Origin: Flavobacteriaceae bacterium
GTDB lineage: Bacteria > Bacteroidota > Bacteroidia > Flavobacteriales > Flavobacteriaceae
Direction: 5' to 3'
Assembly (NCBI GenBank): GCA_002697255.1
Contig: NZUH01000017.1
Span: forward strand, 88 to 64,087
DNA length: 64,000 bases
Position numbers and translations under genes: made by a program. The notes under the pieces were generated by a model. That model was not told the origin of the DNA and ran no database searches. It worked only from the letters and a program-made list of their open reading frames with translations. Positions 1 through 10,944 of the stretch are shown here, piece by piece (the stretch's first letter is position 1; the number at the start of each line of letters is the position of its first letter).

Positions 1-7
1 AATTAAC

Positions 8-613
8 ATGCACATAGCTATAGCAGGGAATATTGGCGCAGGTAAAACAACATTGACTAAGTACCTAGCCAAGCATTATAAATTTAACAGGGAACTTGAA
101 GATGTTGTTAAGAACCCTTATCTAGACGATTTTTATAATCAGATGGAAAGATGGAGTTTTAATCTTCAAATTTATTTTTTAAATAGTAGATTTAGACAAG
201 TAAAAGAAATTCATAAAAAAAATAAAAATGTTGTTCAAGATAGAACAATATATGAAGATGCAAATATTTTTGCTCCTAACCTCCACGCAATGGGCTTGAT
301 GACAAATAGAGATTTTGAAAATTACAAATCACTATTTGATTTAATGGAAGAAAATGTTTCTGCACCTGATTTGTTAATATATCTTAGAAGCTCGATCCCC
401 AATCTTGTATCTCAAATACACAAAAGAGGCAGAGAATATGAAAATTCTATTAGTATTGATTATTTAAGTAGATTAAATGAAAGATATGAAGCATGGATTC
501 ATAACTATAAAAAAGGTGAACTTCTGATTATTGATATTGATAATTTAGATTTTGTAGAAAATAAAGAAGACCTGAAAAAAATAATTTTACAAATTGATAA
601 AAAAATAAAATAA
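8..613 (+). CDS. deoxynucleoside kinase (dAK/dGK-type), paralogue 1
   Basis: 201-aa ORF. It has an N-terminal P-loop (IAIAGNIGAGKTT) and a DRTIYED motif, and its length is typical of bacterial deoxynucleoside kinases. Confidence 0.85.
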   Translation: MHIAIAGNIGAGKTTLTKYLAKHYKFNRELEDVVKNPYLDDFYNQMERWSFNLQIYFLNSRFRQVKEIHKKNKNVVQDRTIYEDANIFAPNLHAMGLMTNRDFENYKSLFDLMEENVSAPDLLIYLRSSIPNLVSQIHKRGREYENSISIDYLSRLNERYEAWIHNYKKGELLIIDIDNLDFVENKEDLKKIILQIDKKIK

Positions 614-641
614 AAACAGGCCTTAATTAAGGCCTGTTTTT
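612..641. terminator. bidirectional intrinsic terminator between the convergent dNK and hppA genes
   Basis: Perfect inverted repeat aaaaacaggcc / ggcctgttttt with an 8-nt loop (ttaattaa). There is an A-tract on one side and a T-tract on the other. Confidence 0.6.
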
Positions 642-645
642 ATTT

Positions 646-3258
646 TTAATTTCTTGATTTAGAATATTGATTGATAAATGAAATCTTATCCCCGTCAAAT
701 CTAAACGACTCCATCCAACTTAAACTAGTGACGTTTCCGTCATCAGAAACAACTTTTCCGTTATCCCATAAAAGTACCCATTCATCACCATTATCTCCTG
801 TAACTGCAAGATTAACAGCAACTTTATAGTCTTCAATATCAACTGCTGAATAAGTGTCAGAAATATGTTTAAGAGCTGCTTCTTTTCCGTCGATTGATGA
901 ACCATCAGAGAGGTTAAAAATAACATTCTCAGATAAATATTCAGAAACTTTGATATAATCTTTAGCTATTAAATCTCTAACCATTGATTGTACAATCAAT
1001 ACTTTATCATCGTTACCCATTTCAAAAGTATCCAAATAGGTTGCATCATATATATAGTTTCTAGATGTTTCATGATTTTCGTGAGTACCATGATCACCTA
1101 ATATTGGAGCAATTACCAGTCCAATCAAACAGGTAAGCTTAATCAAAATATTCATTGATGGGCCAGAAGTATCTTTGAAAGGATCACCGACTGTATCACC
1201 AGTGACAGCAGCTTTATGTGCCTCAGAACCTTTATAAGTCATTTCTCCATTAATTTCAACTCCTGCCTCGAATGATTTTTTTGCATTATCCCAAGCACCA
1301 CCAGCGTTGTTTTGGAAAATTGCCCATAAAACACCACTTACTGTTACACCTGCCATATAACCACCAAGCATTTCTGCGATCAATTGTTTACTCATGCCTA
1401 AAGTCATTGGTAGAACTGTAATTAATATCGGGAACCCAATAGTTAATAAGCCTGGTAACATCATCTCCTTTAGAGAGGCCTGTGTTGAAATAGCAACACA
1501 TTTATCATATTCTGGTTTTCCAGTTCCTTCCATTATCCCAGTAATTTCCTTGAATTGTCTTCTCACTTCATAAACCATTTCCATAGCAGCTTTACCAACA
1601 GCATTCATAGCAAGTGCTGAAAAAACAACAGGAACCATACCTCCCACAAATAGCATTGCTAAAACGGGAGCTTTAAATATATTAATTCCATCAATTCCAG
1701 TGAATGTTACATATGCTGCAAAAAGTGCTAATGATGTTAATGCTGCTGAAGCAATTGCAAAACCTTTTCCGGTAGCAGCTGTAGTATTACCAACTGAATC
1801 TAAAATATCTGTTCTTTCTCTGACAATAGGATCTTGCTCACTCATTTCAGCAATACCACCAGCGTTATCAGATATTGGTCCAAATGCATCAATTGCCAAT
1901 TGCATTGCAGTTGTTGCCATCATTGCAGATGCAGATAAAGCTACTCCGTAAAAACCAGCAAGAGCATAAGAGCCCCATATTGCAGCGGCAAAAAGTAAAA
2001 CTGATGAGAAGGTAGAAATCATACCAGTTGCTAAGCCAGCAATGATATTGGTTCCAGCACCAGTACTAGATTTTTGAACAATTTCTAAAATAGGTTTTTT
2101 ACCTAACCCTGTATAATATTCGGTGATTGATGATATGACACCTCCAACAAATAATCCTACCAAAGTTGCATAAAATACTCTCATTGATGAAATATCTTGT
2201 TTACCTTCCCCAAAAAATTCCATCTGCATAGTTTCTGGTAACATATAATCTACAAGTAAATAACATGAAATTGCAACCAAGGCAATTGAAACCCAATTAC
2301 CTTTATTTAATGCACCCATTACCTGATCCTCTTTTGCATCATTAGAATTAATTTTTACTAACATGGTTCCAATTGCTGAAATAATAATTCCTGCACCAGC
2401 GATTGCCATAGGTAATAATATAGGCCCAATTCCTCCAAAATTATCTGTAATTGCACCGCCCATATCTTTTATAACATAGTTTCCTAAAACCATTGCAGCC
2501 AAAACAGTAGCTACATAAGAACCAAATAAATCAGCACCCATTCCAGCTACATCTCCAACATTATCTCCAACATTATCAGCAATTGTTGCAGGGTTTCTTG
2601 GATCATCTTCTGGAATCCCAGCTTCAACCTTACCAACCAAGTCAGCACCAACATCCGCAGCCTTAGTATAAATTCCTCCACCAACTCTTGCGAATAAAGC
2701 AATTGACTCAGCTCCTAATGAAAATCCAGCTAATGTTTCTAAAACAATAGTCATATCATCAGTAGATGTCCAAACTCCATTCATGAAATAATTAAAGAAA
2801 ATAATGAAAAAAGTTGTAAGACCTAAAACTGCAAGTCCTGCAACTCCAAGGCCCATAACTGTACCTCCACCAAATGATATTTTGAGAGCATTTGGTAAAC
2901 TTGTTATTGCAGCTTGGGTTGTTCTAACATTAGTTTTCGTAGCTATTTTCATTCCCATATTTCCTGCCCAAGCAGAAAAGATTGCTCCAAAAATAAAAGC
3001 AACCACAATTAAGATATGTGTAGTTGGAACTATGAATGATATCCCTGCTAATGCTAAACTTACTATAATTACAAAAACGGTTAAAAGTCTATACTCAGCA
3101 TTCAAAAAAGCTAAAGCTCCTTCGTATATATGATCTGAAATTTCTTTCATTTTCCCATCTCCAGCGTCCTGTCTCATAACCCATGACTTTTTTATAAGCA
3201 TGTATCCTAAACCAATCAAAGCTGCTATTATCGGCATGTAAATAATCATTGAATCCAT
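646..3258 (-). CDS. hppA: K+-dependent membrane-bound pyrophosphatase (H+/Na+-translocating) with a C-terminal NTF2/SnoaL-like extension
   Basis: 870-aa polytopic ORF with M-PPase signatures [29 protein letters not shown] and [24 protein letters not shown] carries Ala at the K+-dependence position. The core ends at APILG and is followed by 149 extra residues. Confidence 0.9.
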   Translation of the reverse strand: MDSMIIYMPIIAALIGLGYMLIKKSWVMRQDAGDGKMKEISDHIYEGALAFLNAEYRLLTVFVIIVSLALAGISFIVPTTHILIVVAFIFGAIFSAWAGNMGMKIATKTNVRTTQAAITSLPNALKISFGGGTVMGLGVAGLAVLGLTTFFIIFFNYFMNGVWTSTDDMTIVLETLAGFSLGAESIALFARVGGGIYTKAADVGADLVGKVEAGIPEDDPRNPATIADNVGDNVGDVAGMGADLFGSYVATVLAAMVLGNYVIKDMGGAITDNFGGIGPILLPMAIAGAGIIISAIGTMLVKINSNDAKEDQVMGALNKGNWVSIALVAISCYLLVDYMLPETMQMEFFGEGKQDISSMRVFYATLVGLFVGGVISSITEYYTGLGKKPILEIVQKSSTGAGTNIIAGLATGMISTFSSVLLFAAAIWGSYALAGFYGVALSASAMMATTAMQLAIDAFGPISDNAGGIAEMSEQDPIVRERTDILDSVGNTTAATGKGFAIASAALTSLALFAAYVTFTGIDGINIFKAPVLAMLFVGGMVPVVFSALAMNAVGKAAMEMVYEVRRQFKEITGIMEGTGKPEYDKCVAISTQASLKEMMLPGLLTIGFPILITVLPMTLGMSKQLIAEMLGGYMAGVTVSGVLWAIFQNNAGGAWDNAKKSFEAGVEINGEMTYKGSEAHKAAVTGDTVGDPFKDTSGPSMNILIKLTCLIGLVIAPILGDHGTHENHETSRNYIYDATYLDTFEMGNDDKVLIVQSMVRDLIAKDYIKVSEYLSENVIFNLSDGSSIDGKEAALKHISDTYSAVDIEDYKVAVNLAVTGDNGDEWVLLWDNGKVVSDDGNVTSLSWMESFRFDGDKISFINQYSKSRN

Positions 3259-3322
3259 AGTTAATTTTTTAATTTAGGTGGCAAAAATAGTGAAATAGAG
3301 TCAATTACGAAAAACTCTTTGA

Positions 3323-4300
3323 TTATTTGTAAAGAACCTTCTTTACAGCATTAATTACGTCTATACTGTTTGGAAGCCATTCTTTTAGAAGAACCGGAGA
3401 ATATGGAGCAGGAGTGTCTGCAGTATTAATTTTTTCAATTGGAGCGTCCAAATAATCAAATAGTTGAGATTGAACCTGATATGTAATTTCAGTAGAAACA
3501 TTTCCAAAAGGCCATGCTTCTTCTAGAATTACTAATCTATTGGTTTTTTTTACAGAATTAAATATAGCTTCATGATCCATTGGTCTTACGGTTCTCAAAT
3601 CAATGATTTCACAAGAGATATTTTCTTTTTTTAACTCATCTGCGGCTTTGTACGCTTCCTTTATAATTTTTCCAAATGAAACAATTGTAACATCAGAGCC
3701 TTCTCTCTTGATTTCAGCTACACCAATAGGGATAGTATATTCACCATCAGGAACTTCACCCTTATCTCCGTACATCTGTTCACTTTCCATGAATATAACA
3801 GGGTCGTCATCTCTGATTGCAGATTTTAGCAATCCTTTTGCATCATAAGGATTTGAAGGAACTATAACTTTTAATCCTGGAGTATTTGCAAACCAATTTT
3901 CAAATGCTTGAGAATGTGTGGCAGCTAACTGACCTGCTGAAGCAGTAGGGCCTCTAAAAACAATTGGGCAATTAAATTGTCCACCAGACATTTGTCTAAT
4001 TTTTGCAGCATTATTAATAATTTGATCTATTCCAACAAGTGAAAAATTAAAAGTCATATATTCAACAATTGGTCTATTACCTGTCATCGTAGAACCTATA
4101 GCAATACCAGCAAAACCTAACTCAGAAATTGGAGTATCAATTACTCTTTTAGAACCAAATTCATCTAGCATTCCCTTTGAGGCTTTATATGCACCATTAT
4201 ACTCAGCCACTTCCTCACCCATTAAGAATATACTTTCGTCATTTCTCATCTCTTCACTCATGGCTTCACAGATAGCCTCTCTAAATTGTATAGTCCTCAT
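3323..4300 (-). CDS. pdhB: pyruvate (2-oxoacid) dehydrogenase E1 component, beta subunit
   Basis: 325-aa ORF. The N-terminus MRTIQFREAI..EEM..D..IFLMGEEVAEYNGAYKASKGMLDEFG..RVIDTPISE is typical of E1-beta transketolase-like subunits. Confidence 0.85.
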   Translation of the reverse strand: MRTIQFREAICEAMSEEMRNDESIFLMGEEVAEYNGAYKASKGMLDEFGSKRVIDTPISELGFAGIAIGSTMTGNRPIVEYMTFNFSLVGIDQIINNAAKIRQMSGGQFNCPIVFRGPTASAGQLAATHSQAFENWFANTPGLKVIVPSNPYDAKGLLKSAIRDDDPVIFMESEQMYGDKGEVPDGEYTIPIGVAEIKREGSDVTIVSFGKIIKEAYKAADELKKENISCEIIDLRTVRPMDHEAIFNSVKKTNRLVILEEAWPFGNVSTEITYQVQSQLFDYLDAPIEKINTADTPAPYSPVLLKEWLPNSIDVINAVKKVLYK

Positions 4301-4431
4301 AGATTAAATTTTTCACAAAAATAATAAAGCAGTTAAAATTAATCATTAATAACTTAAAAATATTTGCTTTATAAAGTTTTTTATTTATCAAATTACTAAC
4401 TTTGAAATTGATCATAAATTAAATTTTTATT

Positions 4432-5178
4432 ATGAAAATACTTGTTTGTATAAGTCATGTCCCTGACACTACATCAAAAATTAATTTTACAAATAACAAT
4501 TCAGAATTTGACAAAAATGGAATACAGTTTATTATTAATCCTAATGATGAATTTGGATTAACAAGAGCTATTTGGTTTAAGGAAAAAAACGGAGCATCTG
4601 TTGATGTTATAAATGTTGGTTTACAAGACACTGAGACGACTCTTAGGAAAACACTTGCCATTGGAGCTGATAAGGCAATTAGAATAAATTTAGAACCTAA
4701 AGATAGTTCTGTGGTTGCTAAGTCAATAGCAGACTACATAAATGAAAATAACTATGATTTAATTATAGCAGGTAGAGAATCAATTGATTATAATGGGGGA
4801 ATGGTTCCTGGGATGATTTCAGCTCTTACAAACATAAACTTTATAGATAAATGTATCAATATTGAACTAAAAGATGGTGTAGTTAATGCATCTAGAGAAA
4901 TTGATGGAGGAAAAGAAAATATATCTACTGGACTACCATTAATTATAGGAGGTCAAAAAGGTTTAGTTGAAGAAAATGATCTAAGAATACCCAATATGAG
5001 AGGTATAATGATGGCTAGGAAAAAAGAGCTTTTAGTTTTAGAACCAACAGAATATTCAAATACTCTAGAGACATATAATTTCGAAAAACCTGAGCCCAAA
5101 GGAAAGGTCACATTAATTTCATCTGATGAAATTGAAAAACTTGTAGATTTATTACATAATGAAGCTAAAGCAATATAA
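4432..5178 (+). CDS. etfB: electron transfer flavoprotein, beta subunit
   Basis: 248-aa ORF with an MKILVCISHVPDTTSKI start and ETF-beta layout. It abuts etfA directly (TAA followed by ATG). Confidence 0.85.
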   Translation: MKILVCISHVPDTTSKINFTNNNSEFDKNGIQFIINPNDEFGLTRAIWFKEKNGASVDVINVGLQDTETTLRKTLAIGADKAIRINLEPKDSSVVAKSIADYINENNYDLIIAGRESIDYNGGMVPGMISALTNINFIDKCINIELKDGVVNASREIDGGKENISTGLPLIIGGQKGLVEENDLRIPNMRGIMMARKKELLVLEPTEYSNTLETYNFEKPEPKGKVTLISSDEIEKLVDLLHNEAKAI

Positions 5179-6141
5179 ATGGCGATACTAATATTTGCAG
5201 AAACATATAACGGAGAATTTAAAAAAGATTGTTATGAATTAGCATCTTATGCATATGATTTAGCTTCTGAAAAAAATATGTCAGTTACCGCAATTTGCTT
5301 TAACGCATCAAATCCAAGTGAGCTATCAAATTTCGGAGTAAACAAGATTATAAACTCTTCAAATGAAGAATTAAAAGATTTTGATGCAACTATATACTCA
5401 AACTGTATAAGTGATGCCTTTGAAAATGAAAATTCAAAAATTTTAATTTTGAGCTCAAGCTCAAACTCAAAATATATAGGTGGTATTTTAGCCATCAAAT
5501 TAAAAGCAGGTTATATTACGAATGTTATTTCAAAACCATCTTTCTCAAATGGGTTTTCTGTAACCAGAAATACATTCACAAATAAAGCATATGAAAAAGT
5601 CAATATTTTATCAGAAAATTCAATTTTAGGACTATCTAAAAATTCATTTGGAATAAAAGAAAATTCAACCAAATCAGAAGTAAAGGATATAAAATTCAAT
5701 ATTAAATCTGCACTAAATAAGGTTACTTCTATTGAAAAAATGACAACTAAAGTTACTATTGCTGACGCTGACATTGTTGTTTCAGGTGGTAGAGGCTTAA
5801 AAGGACCAGAAAACTGGCATATGGTTGAAGATCTTGCTGATATTTTAGGGGCTGCAACTGCATGTTCTAAACCTGTTTCAGATTTAGGATGGAGACCGCA
5901 TAGCGAACATGTTGGTCAAACTGGAAAACCTGTTTCTTCAAATCTTTATATTGCAATTGGTATTTCCGGAGCGATTCAACATCTAGCTGGAGTAAATTCA
6001 TCAAAAATAAAAGTTGTTATTAATACTGATCCAGAAGCTCCTTTTTTCAAGGCTGCTGATTACGGTATAGTAGGTGATGCTTTTGAAGTTGTTCCTAAAT
6101 TAATTGAAGAACTTAAAAATTTTAAATCATCAAATAATTAG
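5179..6141 (+). CDS. etfA: electron transfer flavoprotein, alpha subunit
   Basis: 320-aa ORF. The C-terminal FAD-binding region (VVSGGRGL, QTGK.V.P.LYIAIGISGAIQHLAG) is typical of ETF-alpha. Confidence 0.85.
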   Translation: MAILIFAETYNGEFKKDCYELASYAYDLASEKNMSVTAICFNASNPSELSNFGVNKIINSSNEELKDFDATIYSNCISDAFENENSKILILSSSSNSKYIGGILAIKLKAGYITNVISKPSFSNGFSVTRNTFTNKAYEKVNILSENSILGLSKNSFGIKENSTKSEVKDIKFNIKSALNKVTSIEKMTTKVTIADADIVVSGGRGLKGPENWHMVEDLADILGAATACSKPVSDLGWRPHSEHVGQTGKPVSSNLYIAIGISGAIQHLAGVNSSKIKVVINTDPEAPFFKAADYGIVGDAFEVVPKLIEELKNFKSSNN

Positions 6142-6187
6142 ACCTAAATTTTTTTTATAACTAAAAACTTAAGATTAGATTTACATT

Positions 6188-6784
6188 ATGAACCTTGTTG
6201 AATTATTAATAAATGGAATTTCATACAGTCAAACTGAAAATGGCGCATATGCATTAATTTTGAGTGAAATCGAGGGTGAGAGAAAATTGCCAATTGTGAT
6301 AGGAACCAATGAGGCCCAATCAATAGCTATTGCGATTGAGAAAGAAATTAAACCCCCTAGACCTTTAACTCATGATTTATTTAAAAACTTTTGTCAGAGA
6401 TTTGAAATTAATATAAAAAAAGTTATAATTCATAAATTAGTTGACGGGGTTTTTTATTCTAGTGTTGTATGTGAAAGAGACGGAGTTGAAGAGTTGATTG
6501 ATTCAAGATCTAGTGATGCAATTGCATTGGCAATCAGATTTGAAGCTCCCATATATACCTATGAAAAAATTCTTGAAAAAGCTGGAGTTGTGATACAAAT
6601 TGAAAAACATATTGATGAAAAATCAATACTTAGTGAATTATTTTCAGATGAGAAAAAAAATATCACCAACTCTGATCTTCATGATAAAACAACAATTGAA
6701 TTGGAAGAATTATTAAAAATTGCTGTTCAAAATGAAAATTATGAATCAGCAGCAAAAATTAGAGATGAAATTTCTAACAGATAA
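6188..6784 (+). CDS. bifunctional nuclease family protein (DUF151) with a C-terminal UVR motif
   Basis: 198-aa ORF. It has an N-terminal BFN/DUF151-like pattern (LPIVIG..EAQSIAIA......PRPLTHDL) and a C-terminal UvrB/C-like helix (ENYESAAKIRDEI). Confidence 0.7.
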   Translation: MNLVELLINGISYSQTENGAYALILSEIEGERKLPIVIGTNEAQSIAIAIEKEIKPPRPLTHDLFKNFCQRFEINIKKVIIHKLVDGVFYSSVVCERDGVEELIDSRSSDAIALAIRFEAPIYTYEKILEKAGVVIQIEKHIDEKSILSELFSDEKKNITNSDLHDKTTIELEELLKIAVQNENYESAAKIRDEISNR

Positions 6785-8168
6785 TAAAAAAACAGTTTTT
6801 TCTTTATTCCTATTTGCATTAGGTAATAATATTGTCTTTGCACAAGAACAAAATATAATTCCTAGTAATGGGTTTACTACTGAGGGATTTTTGAGAGGTC
6901 TTTTAGGAATAACTTTTCTCATATTCACGACATACTTACTCTCAAATAATAAAAAAGCAATAAATTGGAAAACAGCTGTAACAGGGCTAATTCTTCAGCT
7001 AATTCTAGCCATTGGAGTTTTAAAAATATCTTGGGTGAAAATGATTTTTGAGAGTGCTGGAAAAGTTTTTGTTAAAATACTAGATTTTACAATGGAAGGA
7101 ACAAAATTCTTATTCGGCGATTTAGTTAGTGCTGAAAATTTTGGAAATGTATTTATTTTTTCAATTCTTCCAACTGTGATTTTCTTTGCAGCTCTTACTT
7201 CAATTTTATTCTACTTAGGAATAATTCAAAAAATTGTTAAGGTAATGGCTTTATTATTATCAAAACTTCTTGGGGTTTCTGGACCTGAAAGTCTTAGTGT
7301 AGCGGGAAATATATTCCTTGGTCAAACTGAATCTCCTTTAATGATAAAGGCATATCTAGAAAAAATGTCAAAATCAGAAATTCTACTTGTTATGATTGGA
7401 GGAATGGCAACTGTTGCAGGCGGAGTTCTTGCAGCATATATTGGGTTTCTTGGTGGTGAAGACCCTGAATTAAAAGTGTATTATGCTAAACATCTTCTAA
7501 CAGCATCTGTAATGGCTGCACCAGGTGCTATTGTAATTTCTAAAATACTATATCCAGAAACAAAAAAAATTAATTCAAATGTTGAGGTTTCTAAAAATAA
7601 AATAGGTTCAAATTTTTTAGATGCGATTTCAATAGGAACTTCTGAAGGATTAAAATTAGCTGCTAATATAGCTGCAATGCTATTAGTTTTTATTGCTTTT
7701 ATTGCTTTAATTAATCACTTATTAAGTGGATTTGGTGACTTAACAAATTTAAACGAATTGATTAGTGATAAAACAGTATACTCAGAATTATCATTAGAAC
7801 TTATTTTAGGATATATTTTTGCGCCTGTAATGTGGCTAATTGGAGTTGCTAAAGACGATGTGACATTAATGGGACAACTATTAGGCATAAAACTAGCCGC
7901 AAGCGAATTTATAGGTTATATTCAACTGTCTGATCTGAAAGATGCTACTAATATAATTCATTTAAATTATCAAAAATCGATTATTATTGCTACCTACATG
8001 TTGTGTGGTTTTGCAAATTTTGCATCAATAGGAATTCAAATTGGAGGAATAGGTGCTCTTGAACCAAAGCAAAGAAAAAATCTTTCAAAATTTGGCTTTA
8101 AAGCATTGATTGGTGGTACGCTAGCATCTCTTCTGTCAGCTACAATCGCAGGAATGATCATTGGCTAA
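6765..8168 (+). CDS. nupC: NupC/CNT-family nucleoside transporter
   Basis: Polytopic ORF with the CNT signature GNIFLGQTESPLMIKAY. I chose the in-frame ATG at 6765 (MKFLTDNKK...); the ORF track opens at 6720, inside the preceding gene. Confidence 0.8.
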   Translation: MKFLTDNKKTVFSLFLFALGNNIVFAQEQNIIPSNGFTTEGFLRGLLGITFLIFTTYLLSNNKKAINWKTAVTGLILQLILAIGVLKISWVKMIFESAGKVFVKILDFTMEGTKFLFGDLVSAENFGNVFIFSILPTVIFFAALTSILFYLGIIQKIVKVMALLLSKLLGVSGPESLSVAGNIFLGQTESPLMIKAYLEKMSKSEILLVMIGGMATVAGGVLAAYIGFLGGEDPELKVYYAKHLLTASVMAAPGAIVISKILYPETKKINSNVEVSKNKIGSNFLDAISIGTSEGLKLAANIAAMLLVFIAFIALINHLLSGFGDLTNLNELISDKTVYSELSLELILGYIFAPVMWLIGVAKDDVTLMGQLLGIKLAASEFIGYIQLSDLKDATNIIHLNYQKSIIIATYMLCGFANFASIGIQIGGIGALEPKQRKNLSKFGFKALIGGTLASLLSATIAGMIIG

Positions 8169-8239
8169 AAAGTTAATAACTTTTACTTTTCTATATCACT
8201 AAGGTTATCACTATTAATTATTTTTACTAACTAATTTTT

Positions 8240-9064
8240 ATGAGACAATATTTAGACTTGGTTAAACATGTTCTTGAAAAAGGAGAGCTAAAAGAGGATA
8301 GAACTGGAACTGGTACAAAAAGTGTATTCGGATATCAAATGAGGTTCAATCTATCTGAGGGTTTTCCAATGGTGACAACAAAAAAATTACATTTAAAATC
8401 CATAATTTATGAACTACTATGGTTTTTAAAAGGTGATACTAACATCAAATACCTAAAGGACAACGGAGTTAATATTTGGAATGCTTGGGCAGACTTAAAT
8501 GGAGATCTTGGGCCAGTTTATGGTTTTCAATGGAGAAATTGGAATAATGATGGAATCGATCAAATATCAAACTTAATTAATGATTTAAAAAATAATCCTA
8601 GTAGCAGAAGACACCTCATATCAGCTTGGAATCCATCAGTTTTGCCCGATACTTCTAAATCTTTTGAAATCAATGTTGCCAACGGTAAAGCGGCTTTACC
8701 GCCTTGTCATGCTTTTTTTCAGTTTCATGTAATTAATGGAAAACTTTCTTGTCAATTGTACCAAAGAAGTGCAGATATTTTTTTAGGAGTTCCGTTTAAT
8801 ATCGCATCATACTCACTCTTAACTCTTATGATAGCTCAGGTGTGCAATCTAAGGGCAGGTGATTTTATACATACTTTTGGAGATGCCCACATTTACACAA
8901 ATCATTTTGAACAGATGAAATTACAACTAAGTAGAGAACCTCGAAAGTTGCCAATAATTAAAATCAAAAAAGAAGTAAAAAATATTTTTGATTTTAAATT
9001 TGAAGACTTTATTCTTGAAAATTATGATCCTCATCCTCACATTAAAGGAAAGGTTGCGGTTTAA
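8240..9064 (+). CDS. thyA: thymidylate synthase
   Basis: 274-aa ORF with [27 protein letters not shown] and the active-site LPPCH motif. Confidence 0.95.
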   Translation: MRQYLDLVKHVLEKGELKEDRTGTGTKSVFGYQMRFNLSEGFPMVTTKKLHLKSIIYELLWFLKGDTNIKYLKDNGVNIWNAWADLNGDLGPVYGFQWRNWNNDGIDQISNLINDLKNNPSSRRHLISAWNPSVLPDTSKSFEINVANGKAALPPCHAFFQFHVINGKLSCQLYQRSADIFLGVPFNIASYSLLTLMIAQVCNLRAGDFIHTFGDAHIYTNHFEQMKLQLSREPRKLPIIKIKKEVKNIFDFKFEDFILENYDPHPHIKGKVAV

Positions 9065-9072
9065 TCAATCTT

Positions 9073-9573
9073 ATGATGAAAAAAACTATAACTATTATTG
9101 TTGCTGCTGCTGAAAATGATGCCATTGGAAAAGACAATGACCTAATTTGGAGTTTGCCTGCTGACCTTAAAAGATTTAAGCAGCTAACCATAGGCCATTG
9201 TATTATAATGGGCAGGAAAACATTTGATTCGTTTCCTGGATTATTACCCAACAGAAAACATATTGTTATTTCAACAAAACCGAACAACTATTTTCCTGAT
9301 AAAGTTATCATTGTGAGTAATTTTAAAGATGCCTTAAAAGCGACTAACGACGATAATAATCCCTTTGTAATTGGAGGTGGACAAATTTATAATCTAGCAA
9401 TGAGGTATTGTGATAAAATTGAACTAACTAGAGTACATTATGAATTTGAAGCCGATACTTTTTTCCCAAAAATCAACGAGGATGAATGGAGGCTAATCGG
9501 AGAAGAGAAACATGAAAAAGATCATCATCATAAATTTTCATTTACCTATAAAACATATTTAAAAATTAAATAA
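9073..9573 (+). CDS. folA: dihydrofolate reductase
   Basis: 166-aa ORF with IIVAAAENDAIGKDNDLIWSLPADLKRFKQLT, GRKTFDS and VIGGGQIY motifs. It lies immediately downstream of thyA. Confidence 0.88.
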   Translation: MMKKTITIIVAAAENDAIGKDNDLIWSLPADLKRFKQLTIGHCIIMGRKTFDSFPGLLPNRKHIVISTKPNNYFPDKVIIVSNFKDALKATNDDNNPFVIGGGQIYNLAMRYCDKIELTRVHYEFEADTFFPKINEDEWRLIGEEKHEKDHHHKFSFTYKTYLKIK

Positions 9574-10454
9574 TGAAAGCATATATTTTTCCGGGTCAAG
9601 GAACTCAATTTTCAGGAATGGGTAAAGATTTATTTGAAAACTCAAAAACTGCATATGAACTTTTTAATAATGCCAATGAAATTTTAGGTTTCAAAATAAG
9701 TGATGTAATGTTTAATGGATCCGCTGAAGACCTTAGGCAAACTTCAGTAACCCAACCTGCAATATTCCTCCATTCAGTTATACTTGCGATTAGTAAACGA
9801 GATAATATTTTACCTGAGATGGTTGCAGGACATTCACTGGGAGAATTTTCAGCTCTTGTTGTAAATAAAACTATTTCTTTTGAAGATGGGTTAAAATTGG
9901 TTTCAATTAGAGCTAATGCAATGCAAAAAGCTTGTGAGAATAAGCCAGGTACAATGGCTGCAGTGTTGGGCCTTGAAGATAATTTAGTTGAAAAAATATG
10001 TAAAGAAATTAATGGGATTGTAGTTGCTGCTAATTATAATTGTCCAGGCCAACTGGTTATTTCCGGTGAAATAAAATCTATAGAATTTGCATGTGAAAAA
10101 TTAAAAGATGCTGGAGCGAGGCGAGCACTGGTTTTACCTGTTGGAGGTGCTTTCCATTCCCCGTTAATGGATCAAGCAAAACAAGAATTGGAAAATGCAA
10201 TACATCAAACTGTTTTTTCGACACCAATTTGTCCAATTTACCAAAATGTAAATGGATTAGCATTTTTGTCCGAAACTGAAATAAAAAATAATTTAATTTC
10301 ACAACTAACAAGTCCTGTGAGATGGACTCAGTCTGTGAATAATATGATTACTGATGGGGCAAATGAATTTATAGAAGTTGGCCCTGGTAAGGTTTTACAA
10401 GGATTAGTAAGAAAAATTAAACGAGATATTAATTGTAGTTCGTTAAATTTGTAA
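9573..10454 (+). CDS. fabD: malonyl-CoA:ACP transacylase
   Basis: 293-aa ORF with FPGQGTQ and the active-site GHSLGEFSAL. Its start overlaps the folA stop (TAATG). Confidence 0.9.
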   Translation: MKAYIFPGQGTQFSGMGKDLFENSKTAYELFNNANEILGFKISDVMFNGSAEDLRQTSVTQPAIFLHSVILAISKRDNILPEMVAGHSLGEFSALVVNKTISFEDGLKLVSIRANAMQKACENKPGTMAAVLGLEDNLVEKICKEINGIVVAANYNCPGQLVISGEIKSIEFACEKLKDAGARRALVLPVGGAFHSPLMDQAKQELENAIHQTVFSTPICPIYQNVNGLAFLSETEIKNNLISQLTSPVRWTQSVNNMITDGANEFIEVGPGKVLQGLVRKIKRDINCSSLNL

Positions 10455-10458
10455 CGTC

Positions 10459-10944
10459 GTGAATAGAAAACAAAAAATTATTTTAATTACTGTATTAATA
10501 ACAATCAGTATAATATTAGATCAAATATCCAAAATTTGGGTTAGATCAAATATTGAAAGTTATACTGAAACAAGTTTAATAGGTGATTTTTTTACATTAA
10601 TAAAAGTTGAAAATACTGGTGCTTTTTTAGGAATGGGAAGCGAGCTTTCTGAATTACCTAGATTACTAATTCTAATAATTCTTCCAATTATAGTTTTAAT
10701 ATCAATAACAATATATACATATATTGAAAAAACATTAGATCAAACTTCAATTATAGGATTTTCATTAATTATTGGTGGTGGAATTGGAAATATTTTTGAT
10801 AGAATTTTATACGGATCTGTGACAGATTTTTTATATATTAATTTAGGTAGTATTTTTAAAACAGGAATATTTAATATTGCTGACCTATCAGTTACAATTG
10901 GAATGATTTTAATTTTATTCTCTAGTTTTAATAAAAAAAACTAA
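10459..10944 (+). CDS. lspA: lipoprotein signal peptidase (signal peptidase II)
   Basis: 161-aa four-TM ORF with a GTG start and NTGAFLG and GGGIGNIFDR...V.DF motifs. Confidence 0.8.
   Translation: MNRKQKIILITVLITISIILDQISKIWVRSNIESYTETSLIGDFFTLIKVENTGAFLGMGSELSELPRLLILIILPIIVLISITIYTYIEKTLDQTSIIGFSLIIGGGIGNIFDRILYGSVTDFLYINLGSIFKTGIFNIADLSVTIGMILILFSSFNKKN

Noticed and set aside
1700-3133. Plus-strand ORFs of 83 and 109 aa inside hppA. Similar cases are the 150-aa ORF at 47118-47570 inside a permease gene and the 99-aa ORF at 37271-37570 inside bamA.
   Set aside because: All lie fully antisense within strongly supported conserved genes and have no motifs of their own. They are typical shadow ORFs of relatively GC-richer membrane-protein genes.
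6720-6764. The upstream 15 codons of the nupC ORF (MLFKMKIMNQQQKLE) as part of the transporter
   Set aside because: This stretch lies entirely within the 3' end of the nuclease-family gene and is hydrophilic and unlike a CNT N-terminus. The in-frame ATG at 6765 is more plausible, though the exact start remains uncertain.
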